Part shown: one piece after another, positions 36,909 to 46,383 of the stretch
Numbering within the stretch: the stretch's first letter is position 1
How the letters are laid out: every line of letters begins with the position of its first letter
DNA from: Rikenellaceae bacterium
GTDB taxonomy: Bacteria > Bacteroidota > Bacteroidia > Bacteroidales > Rikenellaceae
Assembly: GCA_015060045.1 (NCBI GenBank)
Contig: SUZH01000006.1
Coordinates: forward strand, 53,354-117,353
Length of the DNA stretch: 64,000 nt
Direction: 5' to 3'
Notes under the pieces: generated by a model
What the model was told of the DNA's origin: nothing
The model's database searches: none
Seen by the model: the letters and a program-made list of their open reading frames with translations, nothing else
Made by a program: the position numbers and the translations under genes

Positions 36909-37994
36909 CTACTCTGCCAACACCTCTTGGATGGTTTCATAGATTTGCTCACCGCGCAAGCCGCGCTCGATGATGGTGCCATCGGGGCCAAAGAGTATCA
37001 GGAACGGAATACCGTTGAACCCATATACCTCACTCGGAATACGTTGGGCATTGAGGATTTGCGGCCAGGGAAGGTGCAACTCCTCGATGGCACGTTGCGT
37101 AGCCTTCGGTGCATCGCGCACCGCCACGCCTACCACCTCGAAACGCTCGCCCCGAAACGCATTCCACGCCTTACGAATAAAGGGAATCTCCTCACGACAC
37201 GGCACGCACCAGGAGGCCCAAAAATCGACCAACACATACTTCCCGCGCCCCACATAGTCGGAAAGTTTCGCCGTCGAGCCGTCCGGATTTCCCTGTTCAA
37301 TCGTAAAGTCGGTAAACATCATACCGGGCGAGGTGCGTTTAATAACCTCCATCTCCTCGACACATTTTTGAATGGGGCTAAACCCACGAAGATAGTCACC
37401 GGCGAGGGCGTAAATCGCATCAAACTCCTCGGGCGAAAGGTGGTTCGTGACCAAATAGGTCCACATGATATAGGCACCCGTGGCATTGTTGCTGTTTTGT
37501 CTGATAAGCTCTTTTACCTGCTCCATCCTCTCGGTGCGCCGTTGCGTAAAAATCGCTATGCGTTTTGCGTCCAACTCATCTGCCGAAAGTGTCGTATCGG
37601 CAACAAGGCGGGCGCGCAGCTGTGCATTCTCGTTGAAATAGGCATCTTCGGCAGCATCGTAGTCGTTTTTGATGCGATTCTTTTCGCTGCCCGTAGCTCC
37701 ACGACGCTCGAAATCAACCACCAAATCTGTGCCGCCCTCGACGATGACATTCGCGGATACACGCCCCAGCTCCAAGCGATAGAGCGAATCGCCCCGCATC
37801 TTGCCCGAAAAGCAGAACTGCCCGTTTTCGACACGCGCACTATCGACCACCTCGCCCTGAAGATGGTAATCGCTCATATAGACCATTGCTCCATTGTGCG
37901 AAGCATCCACCTCGCCGCGCACGGTGTAGGATTTCATCCTCGGCGCACAGCCCATCAGCACAACTGCGCAAGCCACTAAAAGCCATTTTTTCAT
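36909..37994 (-). CDS. TlpA/ResA-like thioredoxin-fold thiol:disulfide oxidoreductase lipoprotein
   Basis: The lipobox is VLMGC and the active site is DFWASWCVPC. The ATG is at 37994 (the track start 37997 is GTG). Confidence 0.8.
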   Translation of the reverse strand: MKKWLLVACAVVLMGCAPRMKSYTVRGEVDASHNGAMVYMSDYHLQGEVVDSARVENGQFCFSGKMRGDSLYRLELGRVSANVIVEGGTDLVVDFERRGATGSEKNRIKNDYDAAEDAYFNENAQLRARLVADTTLSADELDAKRIAIFTQRRTERMEQVKELIRQNSNNATGAYIMWTYLVTNHLSPEEFDAIYALAGDYLRGFSPIQKCVEEMEVIKRTSPGMMFTDFTIEQGNPDGSTAKLSDYVGRGKYVLVDFWASWCVPCREEIPFIRKAWNAFRGERFEVVGVAVRDAPKATQRAIEELHLPWPQILNAQRIPSEVYGFNGIPFLILFGPDGTIIERGLRGEQIYETIQEVLAE

Positions 37995-38000
37995 CACTCA

Positions 38001-38020
38001 ATTCTAAATTCTAAATTTTG
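38001..38020. repeat. Heptanucleotide array aattcta aattcta aatttt between the two TlpA-like genes
   Basis: Read directly. On the minus strand it gives TAG, TAG, TGA, TGA covering all three frames after the upstream gene's stop. Confidence 0.75.
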
Positions 38021-38028
38021 CATTTCGT

Positions 38029-39207
38029 TCACTCGCCCAGCACCTCCCGAATGGTACGTTTCAGGCTTCCTTTGCCGTAGCCCACCCACTGTTTCACCAC
38101 CACGCCCTCGGGCGAGAGCAGCGTATAGGAGGGTATTCCGCCCTGGTAGTAGTGGGCATAAATACCCTGCTCGCCACGGCCGTCGTTCCAATTAAACCAT
38201 GTCATCGGGTGTTCTTGGGAGGCTTCGCGCCACGTTTTATCCGTGTCGATACTGATGCTCACCACCGCCAGGCAATCGGCATACTGCGCGGCTATCTCCC
38301 CCATTTCGGGTATCGCCATCACGCAGGGGCCGCAGCCGTTGCTCCAAAAGTCGAGCAGGATGTATCGCCCCTTCAGCTCACTCAAGGAGTGATTTTCACC
38401 CGCCAAATCGAGCATCACACCGTCGATGAGCGGCTCGCCAACCGCGACCTGCTTGGGAGGGAAGAGACCCATGGCGGCCGCCCGAGCCACGGGGAGCCGG
38501 CGTTGCTCCTCGCTCAAGCGGTCATAGAGTGCCAACACAGCCTCGCGGTGGGGGTAGTTCTCCCCTTCGTAACGCACCATACGCGCCAATCCCTCCAGCT
38601 CCTCCAAATATTTATCATCCACATCGCTACGCTGCATGAGTTCGATAACAAGCGCATCAATTCGATGCTTTACACGAAATTCGTACTCTGCTAGGCTGTC
38701 ACGCTTCGCGGCCAACACCTTCCGCTCCTCCGTAGTGGCCGTTTTTGCCAGGCTGCGCACCCTGCGCTGCTCAATGTTGATGCGGTCGCACTCACCCCAA
38801 AGGTCACGCGCCACATCTATATAGCGTTGTTCGGCCCGGAGCGCGGGATGCTTACCCTTCACTCGCCAGGTGCGGGTAAGGGTGTTGTTACCCCGAATGC
38901 GCACCCGCTCACCCGGTGAGGCCCACACATGGAGCGTAGCCGTCGGGAAGTTGGGATGATCCGGACAACCCACATAAAAGAGTTCCGACTCGTCGGAAAG
39001 GGGTGTAATCGTCATCGAAAACCGTCCATCGCGCAATGTATCCGTCCCAATCGGCTCACCATAATCGCCATTCGAGCGGAAAAAGCGCACGACAACAGAA
39101 TCGGGGACTTGGTCGATGCGACCCTCGATGACGATACGGTCACTCGGCACATCTTGGCAGGCGACAAGGCCGCATAAGGCGGCGAAAAACAAGAAATTTC
39201 GTATCAT
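38029..39207 (-). CDS. TlpA-like thioredoxin-fold lipoprotein (second paralog)
   Basis: Start moved to ATG 39207 (MIRNFLFFAALCGLVAC lipobox). The active site is DFWSNGCGPC. Confidence 0.8.
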   Translation of the reverse strand: MIRNFLFFAALCGLVACQDVPSDRIVIEGRIDQVPDSVVVRFFRSNGDYGEPIGTDTLRDGRFSMTITPLSDESELFYVGCPDHPNFPTATLHVWASPGERVRIRGNNTLTRTWRVKGKHPALRAEQRYIDVARDLWGECDRINIEQRRVRSLAKTATTEERKVLAAKRDSLAEYEFRVKHRIDALVIELMQRSDVDDKYLEELEGLARMVRYEGENYPHREAVLALYDRLSEEQRRLPVARAAAMGLFPPKQVAVGEPLIDGVMLDLAGENHSLSELKGRYILLDFWSNGCGPCVMAIPEMGEIAAQYADCLAVVSISIDTDKTWREASQEHPMTWFNWNDGRGEQGIYAHYYQGGIPSYTLLSPEGVVVKQWVGYGKGSLKRTIREVLGE

Positions 39208-39228
39208 AGGCGATTGGTTTCTTCGAAA

Positions 39229-39236
39229 CAAAAGTA
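39229..39236 (-). promoter_or_regulatory. -7 box TACTTTTG for the TlpA-like genes
   Basis: The reverse complement of caaaagta, 22 nt upstream of ATG 39207. Confidence 0.5.
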
Positions 39237-39437
39237 GCAAATTCAGGGGGGGGTAGCAATTTTTTTGTGTTAAAAAGTGTTAAATAATGTTAATTCGGTC
39301 GATAAACAGTTCATCCCGAACCGGAAACGATGAATCCCTTTCGTTTTTTTTGCTGACCAAGCAGAGATTCGACTCTCCGATTCAGGATGATTGTAGCTTT
39401 TCAACTTATTTAGACACCTTTTCGGGCAAAAGGTTAC

Positions 39438-41819
39438 TTAAGCCTTAAATTGAACGGGCAGGGTAAACTTCACGCGCACCTTTTGGCCACGCTGTCGGCC
39501 TGCCTCCCAACGGGGGCTGAGCTTCACCACGCGCTCCACCTCCTCCGTAAGGCGCTTATCGGGCGAACGCAAGGGGGTAAACTCCGACACCGAGCCATCG
39601 GTTTCGATCACAAACGAGCAGATAACCATCCCCTCTAACGCCTTGCCATCAGCCCCTTTCTGCGGTGCGATGCGGGCCTCGATCCATTGGCGGAAGGCCT
39701 TGATATCGCCACCCTCGAATGTCGGCATCTGCTCCACGACCAGGAACGGCGTATCATCGAAGCGGAGCTTGATACCATACTTGGCTGCAACAGCCTTGCC
39801 ATCCTTCATGGCAGGGGTCCATTTGGGCGAGGACTTCACCACACGCAGAGCCTCCTTCGCCAGGCGCTTATCGGCCTTACCGATCACATCGACATCACCC
39901 ACCTCGCCGTTCGCCTTCACGACAAAGGTGACCATCACTTCACCCTTGACACCCTCCTTTTGGGCCGCCTCGGGGTACTGCACCTTCGCCTGCACCCACT
40001 GCTCGAAGCGGCGGTAATCGCCACCCGCAAACTCGGCCATGGCAGGGGTCACGCCATTCGGGGCAACCTCCTCGGGTTGGCTTACCTTAAACTCGATCGG
40101 GAAGGTCATCGAGACCTTCACAGCTACGCCGCGCTGCATGCCGGGCTGCCATTTGGGCGACTTTTTCACCAGCTCCACGACCTGATCCGAGAGGCGCTTA
40201 TCGGGCGTGCGAAGCGTCTGCACACTCCCAACCGAGCCATCGGTATCGACCACAAACTGAACGATCACGCGACCGCTCACGCCGGCCTCCTGCAACTCCT
40301 TGGGATACTGCACACGCATCTGCACCCACTGGCGGAAGGTGTTGATATCGCCACCCTCGAATTTGGGCATCGACTCGACAATCAGAAATACCTCCTCATC
40401 GGCTGCGGCTTTGGCCTGCACCATCTCGGCCTTCGCCTGCTCCATCTCTGCCTTTGCCGCTTCGAGGTCGGCTTTTGCCTGCTCCCACTCTGCCTTTGCC
40501 TGCTCCATGTCGCGCTTATGCTGTGCCATAATCTCCTTTTTCCGCTCGTCATCCACCAGCATAAAGGGCACGGCCTCCTCGTCAGCAGCGGCCTTCGTCT
40601 GCTCCTTGGCGCCATAGCCAACAACCACCAGCTCGTCGATCTCGACCACCTCGGTCTTCAGTTGAAGGGTCAGCTCCTCGGTCGGAAGCTGCTCCACGGT
40701 GTAGTGGATCGTCTCCTTGCCGATCATCGAGCAGATGAGTTTATCGCCCGCTTTGACCTGCAACGTACCGCGCCCCTCCGGGTCGGTGCAGATACCCTCA
40801 TTCGTGCCGGCCTTGACGACAACGGCTCCGACGATGGGTGCACCCTTTTCGTCCGTGAGGCGGAGTTTCAGAAGACCCTCTTCGGCAGGTTGCGAAATTT
40901 GATTTTTTGCGCTATCTTTGTCCTCAGCATAGAGATAGCGCGTCTCGGCAAAGGCCCCTACGGCCAGGCCGACAAGCGGCAGGAGTAGCAACGATTTGGC
41001 TGCTGCCCACCGCGAAGTGCGTTTTTGCAACATCATGGTAATACGGTTTTTAAGGTTACTGTGATTCAGGCTGTTGGCTACCGAGCACCACCTCTCGCCA
41101 ACGGCCTTTTTTATGAGCAATAGCTGATAACTGCGCGGATCAACGCCCAGGGCAATCACCGCACGGTCGGCTTCATATTCGTGGATCGCACGCAGTTCGC
41201 GTCTTAAGAGCCACATCGCGGGGTTGAACCACTGCCCCACCATCAAAAGATCGAACAGGACCAAATCCCAGGTATGCCCCAAGCGGATATGGGCCAGCTC
41301 GTGGCTCAGGATCGCCTCGCCATTCTCCGCCGCATCGCGCGCCGAAAGGACAATATAACGCCCCCAACTAAAGGGCGACAGCTCCTCGGAGGCGACAATG
41401 ACGGTTGCCCCCTCCACCTCGCGCACCTCCTCGGCCGAACGCTTCAGCCGATGAATCGTGCGCCACACGCTGTAGGTTGCTACCACCATGCGCCCCACCA
41501 TGACCGCCATAGCGAGGAGGCACAACGCCCCCACCACCTGCTGCCAGGCGATCCCATCATCCGGAAGCGTTGTTACGATCTCCTCTGCAGGGAGTTCTTC
41601 CATCATCACAATCGGTTCGGGAGCGGGCACCACCTCTACGATCGTCACCCGACAGACGGGCAGCAGGAAGGCCACCACCACGGCCGTAAGCAGCACCACG
41701 CGGTTCAGGCGGTGCAGCGTATCACGGCTCAACACCCACTTAAAAAAGAGGTAGAAGAGCGCCAGGCAGAGGGCCGTGCGGAGCGAATAGAGCACAAATG
41801 TGTGGAGGTCGTAGAGCAT
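39438..41819 (-). CDS. BlaR1/MecR1-like M56 metallopeptidase signal transducer fused to a CarboxypepD_reg-like domain, an (EQAKA)n coiled coil and three TonB C-terminal-like domains
   Basis: The HELAHIRLGH zinc motif follows 4 TM segments. Three ~95-aa repeats carry FEGGD..FRQWV...YP....GV.G.V.V.F.V..DG. The ATG is at 41819 (the track start 41828 is TTG). Confidence 0.8.
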   Translation of the reverse strand: MLYDLHTFVLYSLRTALCLALFYLFFKWVLSRDTLHRLNRVVLLTAVVVAFLLPVCRVTIVEVVPAPEPIVMMEELPAEEIVTTLPDDGIAWQQVVGALCLLAMAVMVGRMVVATYSVWRTIHRLKRSAEEVREVEGATVIVASEELSPFSWGRYIVLSARDAAENGEAILSHELAHIRLGHTWDLVLFDLLMVGQWFNPAMWLLRRELRAIHEYEADRAVIALGVDPRSYQLLLIKKAVGERWCSVANSLNHSNLKNRITMMLQKRTSRWAAAKSLLLLPLVGLAVGAFAETRYLYAEDKDSAKNQISQPAEEGLLKLRLTDEKGAPIVGAVVVKAGTNEGICTDPEGRGTLQVKAGDKLICSMIGKETIHYTVEQLPTEELTLQLKTEVVEIDELVVVGYGAKEQTKAAADEEAVPFMLVDDERKKEIMAQHKRDMEQAKAEWEQAKADLEAAKAEMEQAKAEMVQAKAAADEEVFLIVESMPKFEGGDINTFRQWVQMRVQYPKELQEAGVSGRVIVQFVVDTDGSVGSVQTLRTPDKRLSDQVVELVKKSPKWQPGMQRGVAVKVSMTFPIEFKVSQPEEVAPNGVTPAMAEFAGGDYRRFEQWVQAKVQYPEAAQKEGVKGEVMVTFVVKANGEVGDVDVIGKADKRLAKEALRVVKSSPKWTPAMKDGKAVAAKYGIKLRFDDTPFLVVEQMPTFEGGDIKAFRQWIEARIAPQKGADGKALEGMVICSFVIETDGSVSEFTPLRSPDKRLTEEVERVVKLSPRWEAGRQRGQKVRVKFTLPVQFKA

Positions 41820-41831
41820 CGCAATCAAGGG

Positions 41832-42191
41832 TTAGGCTTGTTTCTCAATCTGCTGAATCAGTTCGCGCAGCTCCTCGACCGAAATCTTCTCCTCCTCGAC
41901 AAGCGCCGAGACTGCCCCCAGGTAGGATCGCTCGAAGTAGCGGTCGATGACCGAGCGGAGCGTGAGGCGCGAGAAGGCCTCCTCGCTCACCGTGGCGTAG
42001 TACTGATAAGTACCCCCGAAGACCTTGTGGGCCACATAGCCCTTCTGCTCCAGGGTGCGCACCTGGGTCGAGATGGTGTTGAAGTGGGGCTTCGGATCCT
42101 CCATCATCGCCACGATCTCCTGCACAAACAAGGGGCCGTGCTGCCAAAAAAGCTGCATCAGCGCCTCTTCTCGTTTTGTCAATTTCTCCAT
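41832..42191 (-). CDS. blaI: BlaI/MecI/CopY-family winged-helix transcriptional repressor
   Basis: Start moved to ATG 42191 (MEKLTKREEALMQLFW...). It is ~119 aa and lies directly upstream of the BlaR1-like gene. Confidence 0.85.
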   Translation of the reverse strand: MEKLTKREEALMQLFWQHGPLFVQEIVAMMEDPKPHFNTISTQVRTLEQKGYVAHKVFGGTYQYYATVSEEAFSRLTLRSVIDRYFERSYLGAVSALVEEEKISVEELRELIQQIEKQA

Positions 42192-42210
42192 AGTGAAAGG
42201 TTTTACGCAA

Positions 42211-42218
42211 CAAAGATA
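42211..42218 (-). promoter_or_regulatory. -7 box TATCTTTG for the blaI-blaR1-like operon
   Basis: The reverse complement of caaagata, 19 nt upstream of ATG 42191. Confidence 0.6.
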
Positions 42219-42300
42219 ACTAAAATTTTTCGTTTTGCAACTATTTTTCATAGTTTTTCAACGAAATTTTCTCGTTCTTGTGTTTTTTACACGGATGCAC

Positions 42301-42308
42301 TATCTTTG
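42301..42308 (+). promoter_or_regulatory. -7 box TATCTTTG for the ComEA-like gene, 4 nt before the ATG
   Basis: An exact motif, with the ATG at 42313. Confidence 0.55.
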
Positions 42309-42312
42309 TGGT

Positions 42313-43395
42313 ATGGCTAACGGATTCACAAAAAGGGAGATTACGGGTGCCGTCCTCTTTATGGCGGTAGCACTTTTGATCGTGCTGCTCGTGGCGCTGG
42401 GCGAAAGACGCCCTCGCACCGTTGTGGAGCCAATCGAGCCAAAGAAGCAGGCGCACGAATCCGACCAGACAGACAGCATACCGACACCTCGCCGCGCCTT
42501 TGACCCCAATACGGCCACCTACGAGGAGCTGCTCGCCGTGGGTATGAGCCGCGCCGAGGCCGTTTCGCTCCTCAAATTCCGCGCTGCAGGTAAGGTGTTC
42601 CGTATCCGAGAGGATGTAGCCCTTTGTTACGGCATCACCGATTCGGCCTACCAGGCACTCAAACCATATATAAATATAGGTGAGGCATACCGCATTCGCC
42701 CTGCCTCACAATATGGGGAGCGCTTCCCGCGACACACGCGCGACACGGTCGCCAAGATAGCACCAACGCCTTTTCGTATCGACACGGTCACGGCGGCCTA
42801 CCTGCGCGCCATCGGTGCCTTCACGAAACGACAAGCCGAGGCCTTCATCCGCTGGCGCGATCGGAGCGGTTTTCGGGATATGGAGGAGGTGCGCGCCTGC
42901 TACGTCGTGGATGATTCGGTCGCCACGGCGCTGGAGCCCTACATACTCTTTCCCGAGCGCGACCTTGCGCCCTACGAAGCGCCCGTCGATATCAATTCGG
43001 CCGATTCTGCTCGTCTGATCGAGGTAGTAGGGATCGGAGCAAAGACGGCCGGCGCAATCGTTCGCTATCGTGAAAGGCTTGGCGGATTCCTCCGCGTGGA
43101 GCAATTAGCCGAAGTTGCAGGGGTCACAGAGAGTAATTACGAGAAAATTTTGCAACAAATTTGCTGCAAAGATGTTGAAATTCAAAAAATAGATATTAAC
43201 TTTGCAACCCCAAGTGAGTTAGACCACCCGTACATCGGGCCGAAGCTCATGCGAAAGATTGTAAAACAACGACAATTGAAAGGAGGTTGGACCTGCACAC
43301 AAGAGATGATTGAACAAAACATATTGACCCAAGAGGAGGCCGAGCGATTGGCGCCTTATGTGGTCTTTGGTGTGCATCAGACAACAGCCGAGTAA
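42313..43395 (+). CDS. ComEA-like membrane-anchored protein with four to five helix-hairpin-helix repeats
   Basis: There is an N-terminal TM segment, then repeated units of the form [FI]D.N[TS]A....L....G......A..I..[FYW]R. Confidence 0.7.
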   Translation: MANGFTKREITGAVLFMAVALLIVLLVALGERRPRTVVEPIEPKKQAHESDQTDSIPTPRRAFDPNTATYEELLAVGMSRAEAVSLLKFRAAGKVFRIREDVALCYGITDSAYQALKPYINIGEAYRIRPASQYGERFPRHTRDTVAKIAPTPFRIDTVTAAYLRAIGAFTKRQAEAFIRWRDRSGFRDMEEVRACYVVDDSVATALEPYILFPERDLAPYEAPVDINSADSARLIEVVGIGAKTAGAIVRYRERLGGFLRVEQLAEVAGVTESNYEKILQQICCKDVEIQKIDINFATPSELDHPYIGPKLMRKIVKQRQLKGGWTCTQEMIEQNILTQEEAERLAPYVVFGVHQTTAE

Positions 43396-43484
43396 ACCAA
43401 ATCTTAGAGCGCATGCTCCCGTGCCAAAAAAAGAGGAGCAACCCAACAAAACACGATTTAACAAAACAAAAAAGGAATACTACT

Positions 43485-43676
43485 ATGATTATCACGACTG
43501 TAAAGGAGGGCGAAAACATCGAGCGCGCCCTGAAGAAGTTTAAGCGTAAGTACGAGCGCACGGGCGTTCTGAAGGAGTTGCGTCGTCGCCAGTTCTTCAA
43601 CAAGCCCTCGATGGTTAAGCGTGCCAACAAGATGCGTGCCATCTATGTTCAGCACACCTACCACCTGGATGACTAA
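43485..43676 (+). CDS. rpsU: 30S ribosomal protein S21
   Basis: Start moved to ATG 43485. The 63-aa product begins MIITTVKEGENIERALKKFKRKYERTGVLKELRRRQFF. Confidence 0.92.
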   Translation: MIITTVKEGENIERALKKFKRKYERTGVLKELRRRQFFNKPSMVKRANKMRAIYVQHTYHLDD

Positions 43677-43698
43677 TCAAACGGTCACAAAAACACGA

Positions 43699-43730
43699 AA
43701 CCTCAATCTTCGGATTGAGGTTTTCTTTTT
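43699..43730 (+). terminator. Rho-independent terminator after rpsU
   Basis: The stem is cctcaatc-ttcg-gattgagg, followed by ttttcttttt. Confidence 0.85.
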
Positions 43731-43760
43731 GCCCTTGCCTTTCGGTTGCCGAGGGCAACA

Positions 43761-43817
43761 ACAAATAAGATGTCGGCTCACCATTAAGCAAGCTTTTGAG
43801 AGCCGACATCTTATTTG
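43761..43817. repeat. Perfect 19-bp inverted repeat (acaaataagatgtcggctc / gagccgacatcttatttgt) with a 19-nt loop
   Basis: Read directly from the sequence. Confidence 0.85.
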
Positions 43818-44078
43818 TTATCTCCTGCGGAGAGTCCGAAAGGCTACAAAAGGATATACGAGGGCTTGTTGTCTAAAAAAAAAGATATAGACAATCCCCC
43901 TAAATCCCCCTTTGAAAAGGGGGACTTAGTCGCTACGCTCCTGGGATGTGCTAATCAAGCATGAGAAATTATTTCAACAAAGAAACGCAAAAAAAGGTTA
44001 CCCCGAAAGGAGCAACCTTTTACATTATATCCGACACGGTTCGGACTGTGGATGATGTGCCGATTTTTAGGCTTGCGC

Positions 44079-44112
44079 CAAAAAGAAGGTCACCCTTTAG
44101 CGAGTGACCTTC
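44079..44112 (-). terminator. Minus-strand intrinsic terminator ~135 nt downstream of mutB
   Basis: On the minus strand the sequence is ggaaggtcac-tcgctaaag-ggtgaccttc followed by TTTTT. Confidence 0.6.
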
Positions 44113-44245
44113 CACATAGCGGGCAAAAGTTCATATCCGAGGCTGTTTTTAGGCTTGCGATGGGGTGAAAACCGCAGCATACTAAGCGTATGTGAGGATT
44201 TTCACACCAAGCGGAACGACAAAACAGCCCGGATTGGGACTTTCG

Positions 44246-46381
44246 CTACTCCTCGGAGAGGATCTCCAGCATCTTAATCGCCGCCGTAGCAATCTTCGTA
44301 CCGGGGCCAAAGATAGCTGCAGCACCGTCGCGATAGAGCTGATCGTAGTCCTGAGCGGGAATTACACCACCCACTACCACGATGATATCCTCGCGGCCGA
44401 GCTTCTTCAGCTCCTCGATGATCTGCGGAACAAGCGTGAGGTGACCGGCAGCCAGCGACGATACGCCGACAACGTGTACGTCATTCTCAACAGCCTGCTT
44501 GGCAGCCTCGGCGGGCGTCTGGAACAAGGGACCCATATCGACGTCGAAGCCGATATCGGCATAACCCGTAGCTACGACCTTAGCACCGCGGTCGTGACCA
44601 TCCTGACCCAGCTTTGCAATCATGATACGGGGCTGGCGACCCTCCTTCTTGGCAAACTCGGCGCACATCTGCTTAGCGCGCTCGAACGACTCGTCGTTTT
44701 TCACTGCTGAACTATAAACACCCGAAATGGAACGAATTACAGCCTTATAGCGGCCAACTACAACCTCGCAAGCATCCGAGATCTCACCCAGCGTAGCGCG
44801 AACCTTGGCGGCCTCAACAGCCAGCTCGAGGAGGTTACCCTCGCCCGTCTTCACGCACTCGGTGATAGCGGCCAGCGCCTTATCAACGGCAGCCTGATCG
44901 CGGTTAGCGCGCAGCTCCTGCAGACGCTTCACCTGGCTCTCGCGTACAGCCGTGTTATCTACGGCCAGGATATCGATCGGTGCCTCCTTCTCCAGGCGGT
45001 ACTCGTTCAGACCGATGATCTTCTGCTCACCCGAGTCGATACGAGCCTGCGTGCGAGCAGCGGCCTCCTCGATACGCATCTTCGGAATACCCGTCTCGAT
45101 AGCCTTAGCCATACCGCCGAGCTTCTCTACCTCCTGGATGTGCTCCCAAGCCTTGTGAGCGATCTCCTCGGTGAGCTTCTCCACGTAGTACGAACCAGCC
45201 CAGGGGTCTACCTGACGGCAAACCGAGGTCTCCTCCTGGATGTAGATCTGCGTGTTACGAGCAATACGTGCCGAGAAGTCGGTCGGCAGAGCGATAGCCT
45301 CGTCGAGAGCGTTCGTGTGCAGCGACTGGGTGTGACCCAGGGCAGCGCCCATAGCCTCGATAGCCGTACGAGCCACGTTGTTGAAGGGATCCTGCTCCGT
45401 GAGCGACCAACCCGAGGTCTGCGAGTGGGTACGCAGGGCCAGCGACTTGGGATTCTTCGGATCGAACTGCTTCACGATCTTAGCCCAGAGCATACGGGCA
45501 GCACGCATCTTGGCGATCTCCATGAAGTGGTTCATACCGATAGCCCAGAAGAACGACAGACGGGGTGCGAAGGCATCTACCGACATACCGGCGTTGATAC
45601 CGGCGCGGAGGTACTCCAAACCGTCGGCCAGCGTGTAAGCCAGCTCGATGTCGGCCGTAGCACCGGCCTCCTGCATGTGGTAACCCGAAATCGAGATCGA
45701 ATTGAACTTCGGCATATTCTTCGACGTGTACTCGAAGATGTCGGCGATGATGCGCATCGAGAACTCGGGCGGGTAGATATAGGTGTTACGCACCATAAAC
45801 TCCTTCAGGATATCGTTCTGGATCGTACCGGCCAGCTGGTCGAGCGTAGCGCCCTGCTCCAGACCCGTCACGATGTAGAAGGCCAGGATCGGCAGCACGG
45901 CACCGTTCATGGTCATCGACACCGACATACGATCCAACGGAATACCGTTGAAGAGTACCTTCATATCCTCTACCGAGCAGATCGATACACCTGCCTTACC
46001 TACGTCACCTACTACGCGCGGGTGGTCAGCATCGTAACCACGGTGCGTAGCGAGGTCAAAAGCTACCGACAGACCCTTCTGACCGGCAGCCAGATTGCGA
46101 CGATAGAATGCGTTCGACTCCTCAGCGGTCGAGAAACCGGCATACTGACGGATCGTCCAGGGACGCATCACATACATCGTCGAATAGGGACCGCGCAGGA
46201 AGGGAGCCACACCTGCAGCATAGTTCAGGTGCTCCATGCCTGCCAAATCCTCAGCCGTATACATACCCTTCACGGGAATCTGCTCGGCCGTCATCCACGG
46301 CTGCTTATCCTCGCAGCCCGTCGAGGCGCAGCAGCTCTGCTGACCGGCCTCGTATTTCAGTTCCGAAAATTTAGCTCTCAT
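44246..46381 (-). CDS. mutB: Methylmalonyl-CoA mutase large (catalytic, B12-binding) subunit
   Basis: 711 aa with a TIM-barrel mutase domain and a C-terminal cobalamin-binding DxHxxG motif ([10 protein letters not shown]). Confidence 0.93.
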   Translation of the reverse strand: MRAKFSELKYEAGQQSCCASTGCEDKQPWMTAEQIPVKGMYTAEDLAGMEHLNYAAGVAPFLRGPYSTMYVMRPWTIRQYAGFSTAEESNAFYRRNLAAGQKGLSVAFDLATHRGYDADHPRVVGDVGKAGVSICSVEDMKVLFNGIPLDRMSVSMTMNGAVLPILAFYIVTGLEQGATLDQLAGTIQNDILKEFMVRNTYIYPPEFSMRIIADIFEYTSKNMPKFNSISISGYHMQEAGATADIELAYTLADGLEYLRAGINAGMSVDAFAPRLSFFWAIGMNHFMEIAKMRAARMLWAKIVKQFDPKNPKSLALRTHSQTSGWSLTEQDPFNNVARTAIEAMGAALGHTQSLHTNALDEAIALPTDFSARIARNTQIYIQEETSVCRQVDPWAGSYYVEKLTEEIAHKAWEHIQEVEKLGGMAKAIETGIPKMRIEEAAARTQARIDSGEQKIIGLNEYRLEKEAPIDILAVDNTAVRESQVKRLQELRANRDQAAVDKALAAITECVKTGEGNLLELAVEAAKVRATLGEISDACEVVVGRYKAVIRSISGVYSSAVKNDESFERAKQMCAEFAKKEGRQPRIMIAKLGQDGHDRGAKVVATGYADIGFDVDMGPLFQTPAEAAKQAVENDVHVVGVSSLAAGHLTLVPQIIEELKKLGREDIIVVVGGVIPAQDYDQLYRDGAAAIFGPGTKIATAAIKMLEILSEE

Positions 46382-46383
46382 AA

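Noticed and set aside
40380-40520. DNA tandem repeats inside the BlaR1-like gene
   Set aside because: They simply encode the (EQAKAEM)n coiled-coil linker, so they are in-frame coding periodicity rather than a separate element.
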